Shown here in pieces: positions 59,572 through 64,000 of a stretch of 64,000 bases of DNA. The position numbers and the translations under genes are program-made. Origin of the DNA: a virus (Duplodnaviria; Caudoviricetes). How positions within the stretch are numbered: position 1 is the stretch's first letter; each line of letters starts with the position of its first letter. Where the stretch lies: IMG/VR virus record IMGVR_UViG_3300014204_000006, positions 37,484 to 101,483 of that record. One strand, written 5' to 3'. The notes below the pieces were generated by a model. It saw nothing but the letters and a program-made list of their open reading frames with translations. It searched no databases and was not told where the DNA came from.

Positions 59572-59756
59572 AATAATTACAAGTTCTTTTCCTTTAATAA
59601 TTGTGGTAGTTTATTTTTCACAAGCAAACAGTCCTATAGGCTGTAAAATAGATTATTAGTGTAAGCTGATATAAATTTGCATTAGTAGGCTTATCCACGC
59701 AGTGTTCATTCAAAGTAACTTGCCAATTATTAAAGGAAATAGAGTTTATAATTATT
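59572..59756 (+). ncRNA. Stem-closed RNA cassette, copy B
   Basis: Same flanks as 37914-38090 with an unrelated interior. Confidence 0.55.
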
Positions 59757-59763
59757 AAAATTT

Positions 59764-60856
59764 ATGAAAAATTTAAAAGTTGGCATGAGAGTTAGATATA
59801 AGTATAAAGAAGTTTCGGCTTATCGTAGTTGGGATGTGTTAGGCGTAGGGCAAATAGTTTCTATAAAAAACAGGCGACCACTTCAAATAGAAATATGCTC
59901 ACCATCATCATCATTTAGCAATAAACTTGTCAAGAGAATAGAGATTGAAAAAATATTGAAACCATATAAAAAATTTAAAGGCATATCCGTTAGAGAGTAA
60001 TATTTAAAAACAACCAAAATGAAACAACCAACAATCACAGATATTTTAGAGAGGTTTGATTTACTAAATGGGATTGCTCCTCCTGATAGTTTAAAGGGAA
60101 GAAAGAGTGAAGATATTAAAGACTTCATCCGCCAAGAAATCACCGCCCTAGTGAAGAGTTTTCCGGTGGAGGAACAAACTTTTCCAGAAGGGAAGGCAAC
60201 AACAATAAAGAGCTATAACCAAAAAGTTGAAGAAGACGCTAATTGGCTTAAAAATGTTTTAAAATAATATGGAAAATTTTGAAAAATTATTGGAAGAAAG
60301 AATAGAACAATTAAAAGTTAGTAAAGAAGCATCTTATAATGAGTACCATAGAATTGAGTGCGAAGAAAAAATACTGTTTTTACGAAAATTAAAAGATGCT
60401 TTATTTGGTTTTTAATTATTAAGAATAAAACTATGAGAAAGCATAATTATTTAGTTGGATATTCAGGAGAAGGACAAGCGGCTTATGGGAAAGAAAATAA
60501 AAATGGATCACCGCAATGGGTGATATTGATGACAGAAAAACAAGCGAAGAAATACATATCATTATCTATTTATGATAAAAAAATGAAGGTTTTTAAGTTA
60601 GTAGAAATTAAATAACATGAAATCATCTTGTTGCAAACAAAGAGTAATAAAATAATATAATAAAAAAATGAGCAATAAAAATATAGTAAAAGCACTACTA
60701 ACAGCACCGATAATATGGGCTACTATTCTTGGAATATATATGGTTACATCTCAAATACTTTTTAATGGAAACTTTAGTGGTGATGATTTTGGAATGATTT
60801 CTCTGTGTTGGATTATGTCGCTTCTTCCAGCGTCATTTATTCCAATGATTGATTAA
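59764..60856 (+). other. Run of small hypothetical early genes
   Basis: Co-directional ORFs at 59764, 60019, about 60432 and 60668. Confidence 0.5.
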
Positions 60857-60873
60857 ATTTTTAAAATAACCCC

Positions 60874-61401
60874 ATGAAATCAAAATGCTGTAATAAGCGA
60901 GTACTAAAATCAAAAGAAGAAAACATCTGCTACTATTGTGGTAGAGTTTGTGAGGTGGTGGAAGAGAAAAATATAAGAAATTATATTGCAGGAGGATTAG
61001 ATCCTTCTGACAGAATGAGAGAAATTGATTTGGAAAAACAAAAAGAAATCCCCACCGAACCGCAGGAGTGGGAGGATAGATTCAAAAAAACATTAGGTGG
61101 AGCTGTAGCACCACTGCATTTTGTTAGCGGTCACGCTGAAAAGGAAGTGATTGAATTTATCCGACAAGAAAAAGAAAAATTTTATCAAGAAGGATTAAAG
61201 ATGATGGAAACTGAAATGTTGTATAAAATAATTGATAATACACGCCAAGAACTAAAAGATGAACTGGTGGAATGGTGCGAAGAGAGAAAGTCATCTTGTT
61301 TAGAAGAATTTGATACCGCTAAAGATAGATATATTAGAGGATGTTTAGAAGGAATGGCAGATGCTTTTGATGAAGTAATTAACCTAATTAAGAATAAATG
61401 A
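60874..61401 (+). CDS. Chimeric early protein
   Basis: N-terminus matches the 38962 ORF; C-terminus matches the 39576 ORF. Confidence 0.6.
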   Translation: MKSKCCNKRVLKSKEENICYYCGRVCEVVEEKNIRNYIAGGLDPSDRMREIDLEKQKEIPTEPQEWEDRFKKTLGGAVAPLHFVSGHAEKEVIEFIRQEKEKFYQEGLKMMETEMLYKIIDNTRQELKDELVEWCEERKSSCLEEFDTAKDRYIRGCLEGMADAFDEVINLIKNK

Positions 61402-61566
61402 TAGAAGAAGAAGAAAAGGAAAAATTTTTAAAAAAAGTTGGTTTAAAGAAACGCATAGATCGTGATGCTTATTATAGCGAGTTTATTCAACTTTCTTGTC
61501 AATTTATAAAAAATATGTCATTAGAAGATATCAAATTGGAGTATAATAGATGTAATAATTAATAAT

Positions 61567-61824
61567 ATGAAAAATCCGCATAACCATAAAATAAAATATG
61601 TTTATACTATAAAAATAATAGATAAATACCCTGATTGTGACCATTGCCCAGACTATGTTTTAGACTCAGTTTTTTATAGTAAAGAGGCTTTGAACAAGGC
61701 CATTAGGAGACAACGGATGGATTTCCCTGGATCGTTTAATATCAAGGATTATGAAATAGAAAAAATAGAAAGTGATAAAATGCATGCTGCTAGATATGGA
61801 ACAGGAGAAGAGGTTAAATTATAA
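61567..61824 (+). CDS. Hypothetical protein
   Basis: ORF in operon. Confidence 0.45.
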   Translation: MKNPHNHKIKYVYTIKIIDKYPDCDHCPDYVLDSVFYSKEALNKAIRRQRMDFPGSFNIKDYEIEKIESDKMHAARYGTGEEVKL

Positions 61825-62032
61825 ATATTAAAAAAAATGTTTAATATCTTATTAAAATTAATGGGCACTGAAATCATTTTATTTTCTGTATGCACTTTTC
61901 TTTTAATTGCGTCAGATGAGCCTGCCTTAGAATATGTCAGAAAAAATATTGTACTTTTAGGAAAAATTATTGCATTTTTATCAGTTATGGGGGTAATCAC
62001 ACTTATATTATTAATGTGGTGGGCATAGCCGC

Positions 62033-62062
62033 TTGACAAATAGAAAGCAATGAATATATAAT
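62033..62062 (+). promoter_or_regulatory. Sigma70-type promoter
   Basis: TTGACA(AATAG)-18 bp-TATAAT. Confidence 0.75.
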
Positions 62063-62089
62063 GAAAAAGTAATCAATAACTGAACAAAT

Positions 62090-62305
62090 ATGGCTGTAAT
62101 TGTTGAGGCTGAAAAAATTGAAAAAGCCTACAAAGAACTTAAGGATAAATTGACTCCCAAGGAGCAAGAAATTATCATGCGATTCTACGGAATAGAAAAG
62201 GTCCGCCATTCTCTGGCTGAAATAGCTGAGATATATGGGGTGACCAGAGAGAGGATCAGACAGATAAAAAGTGAGGCTCTTATCAAGCTTAAAATTAACA
62301 AGTAG
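62090..62305 (+). CDS. Stand-alone sigma-70 region 4 HTH protein
   Basis: LTPKEQEII.RFYGI....SLAEIA..YGVTRERIRQI...AL.KL. Confidence 0.9.
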   Translation: MAVIVEAEKIEKAYKELKDKLTPKEQEIIMRFYGIEKVRHSLAEIAEIYGVTRERIRQIKSEALIKLKINK

Positions 62306-62348
62306 AAATAATAATTATGCCTAAATTACTACTAAAATTTAATAAGAG

Positions 62349-62792
62349 ATGCCTTATAAAAAAGGGTATTCTTTTATTTTAAAAAATATGAAAAAGTTAA
62401 AAATATTATTGGCTAGATGGAAAATCTTAATGGGAGTTTGTCCGGAATGTAATTCAGATGCTCCTGAGGTATATGACTGTTACATCTGTGGAGGTGATCG
62501 TAGTTTTTATCCATCTAAAATGACTAGAGAGAAAAGACTAGATAGATACAAAAAATCGTTAAACTGTAAACATTATTAAAAATATATGGAAAAACATTAT
62601 ATTATAAAAAACACAAGATCTAAGAGAATATTACGGGTCGCTATCGATGATCTAGGAAATGGAGCAAAATTTTATTGCATATTTGACACAAAAAAAGAAG
62701 CTATAGGTGTTTTAAAAGATATAGAAGGTTCTGAATATCACATAGAAGAAGGATTAATAACAGAGGTTGTTGGAAGTAAAAAAATAAATTAA
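62349..62792 (+). other. Two small hypothetical genes (first with CxxC...CxxC)
   Basis: ORF track. Confidence 0.45.
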
Positions 62793-62796
62793 AAAA

Positions 62797-63360
62797 ATGA
62801 ACGATATAGACCTAAGACCATATCTCAGGAAAAAAATGAAAACTAGAGCCCGGGTCAGAGGACGATATAACTCTTCTGAGTTTTATGCCATAACCCATGG
62901 TTGGGTCGCTCCTGAACAATGGATTGATCCGGTAGACAAAACCATTAATGAACTGTTGGTAATGTGGAATGGCATAGGGATGCACAGCCAGTTAGAGGAT
63001 CTGTTGGGACCAGAACACTCAGAGCAGAAAAAAGAGCTTGTCTATAAAGACATAGTATTAGTAGGAAAGGTGGATTTCATGCCTCCTCATCTTCCTGATG
63101 ATGTGTGGGAGTTTAAAACGTCAGAAAAGACTATGACAAAAATGAAGCCGTGGGCAGAACACCAGGTCAAATTATACTGCACAATGTTCAATAAGAAACG
63201 TGGATCGGTTTTTCAGCCAGTCAGAAATGCAGATGGAATATATTTAAAACATTTAGGGACTGTAAATAGAGATGATAAGTGGTTTATGGGTGAAATGGAA
63301 AAATTATATGAATTTCACCTAAAAGTAGAGAGGCTGTGGGAGAAGAGGACCTTGATATAA
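62797..63360 (+). CDS. PD-(D/E)XK nuclease (Cas4/RecB-like, no Fe-S cysteines)
   Basis: G...H, LVGKVD, WEFKT, QVKLY motifs. Confidence 0.75.
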   Translation: MNDIDLRPYLRKKMKTRARVRGRYNSSEFYAITHGWVAPEQWIDPVDKTINELLVMWNGIGMHSQLEDLLGPEHSEQKKELVYKDIVLVGKVDFMPPHLPDDVWEFKTSEKTMTKMKPWAEHQVKLYCTMFNKKRGSVFQPVRNADGIYLKHLGTVNRDDKWFMGEMEKLYEFHLKVERLWEKRTLI

Positions 63361-63408
63361 TATTCGTATGAATAATAATATGAATATTATATAAAAAAGG
63401 AGGAGAAA

Positions 63409-63878
63409 ATGATTTTCATGACTCGTGTCTGTAAAAACTGTAGTCCCACCACTCATGTCGGATGCTATAAGGGACTTATCCAACATGATTGTGCTACCTG
63501 CAAGGACGCTGTTGAGGACTGCTGGCTTGATAAGCTCAAGCCGGGAGAAACCATCAGGGAGTCCACCACTATGTGCCAGGAGTGTTTCCAGAAAGAAGTT
63601 CAAAGGATAAACAGTTATCCAAGGAGGTAGAAATGATATTTATATGCCTGACGCACAATATGATTGACAAGGGTAGCGGATGGGAAAATTCATCCCATGA
63701 GGATGTCACGGAAGAGGCACGAACACTGCGGAAACCGACTTGTGTCACATCCTGCCCAGTATGCAACGGAAAAGAAGTATTGAAAAAGAATTTTCTCTCG
63801 GACCAGCGGATGATACGCCAGCACAAACTTATAGGAAACTATGACGAAAACGCCATAGACAACACTGGAGGTGCATAA
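63409..63878 (+). other. Two small Cys-rich ORFs
   Basis: CKNC/CATC/CQEC and C..H/CPVC motifs. Confidence 0.4.
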
Positions 63879-64000
63879 GGAAAGGAGAGACTTATCGCAG
63901 TCTCTCCAAAATAACTAATTATAATTTTAAATAAAATGGAACAATTAACAAAAGAGCAAGTGCAAAAGAAAGTTTTAAAAAATGGTGAACCACTAGGAAT

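Noticed and set aside
38962-61391. Diversity-generating retroelement TR/VR pair
   Set aside because: Mismatches between copies are few and not restricted to adenines (T/C and GC/AT changes occur), and there is no reverse transcriptase in the window.
1-64000. Stop-codon reassignment or suppressor tRNAs
   Set aside because: Long conserved genes are intact under code 11 and end in TAA, TAG or TGA; no CTA or TCA anticodon was found.

Overview
The window is part of an AT-rich, tailed dsDNA bacteriophage genome. It looks podovirus-like: there is no tape-measure gene, and a large putative ejection protein is present. The standard genetic code is used and Shine-Dalgarno motifs are nearly absent, which fits a Patescibacteria/CPR-like or Bacteroidota-like host (inference). 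1-36 kb, minus strand: a ~15-gene glycosyltransferase/methyltransferase/radical-SAM cluster flanked by Ser-Pro-repeat virion proteins, followed by major capsid, scaffold, portal, terminase, internal virion and tail genes. 36-37.4 kb: a non-coding strand-switch region with repeats. 37.4-51.3 kb, plus strand: extremely A-rich early genes including RtcB and a MoxR AAA+/vWA pair. 51.6-57.9 kb, minus strand: replication genes (primase-helicase, DnaC-like loader, initiator with iterons), a LAGLIDADG nuclease and 11 tRNAs. 58-64 kb, plus strand: a tandem array of structured RNA cassettes and more early genes. The two most interesting candidates are (1) a family of small structured RNAs, each closed by a ~20-30 bp G-U-containing terminal stem, arrayed head-to-tail, several built on a tRNA D-arm/T-arm scaffold with variable inserts, and (2) a possible mucin-type virion O-glycosylation system (polypeptide-GalNAc-transferase-like enzymes plus (SPSX)n proteins). 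All calls come from reading the sequence; no database searches were run.
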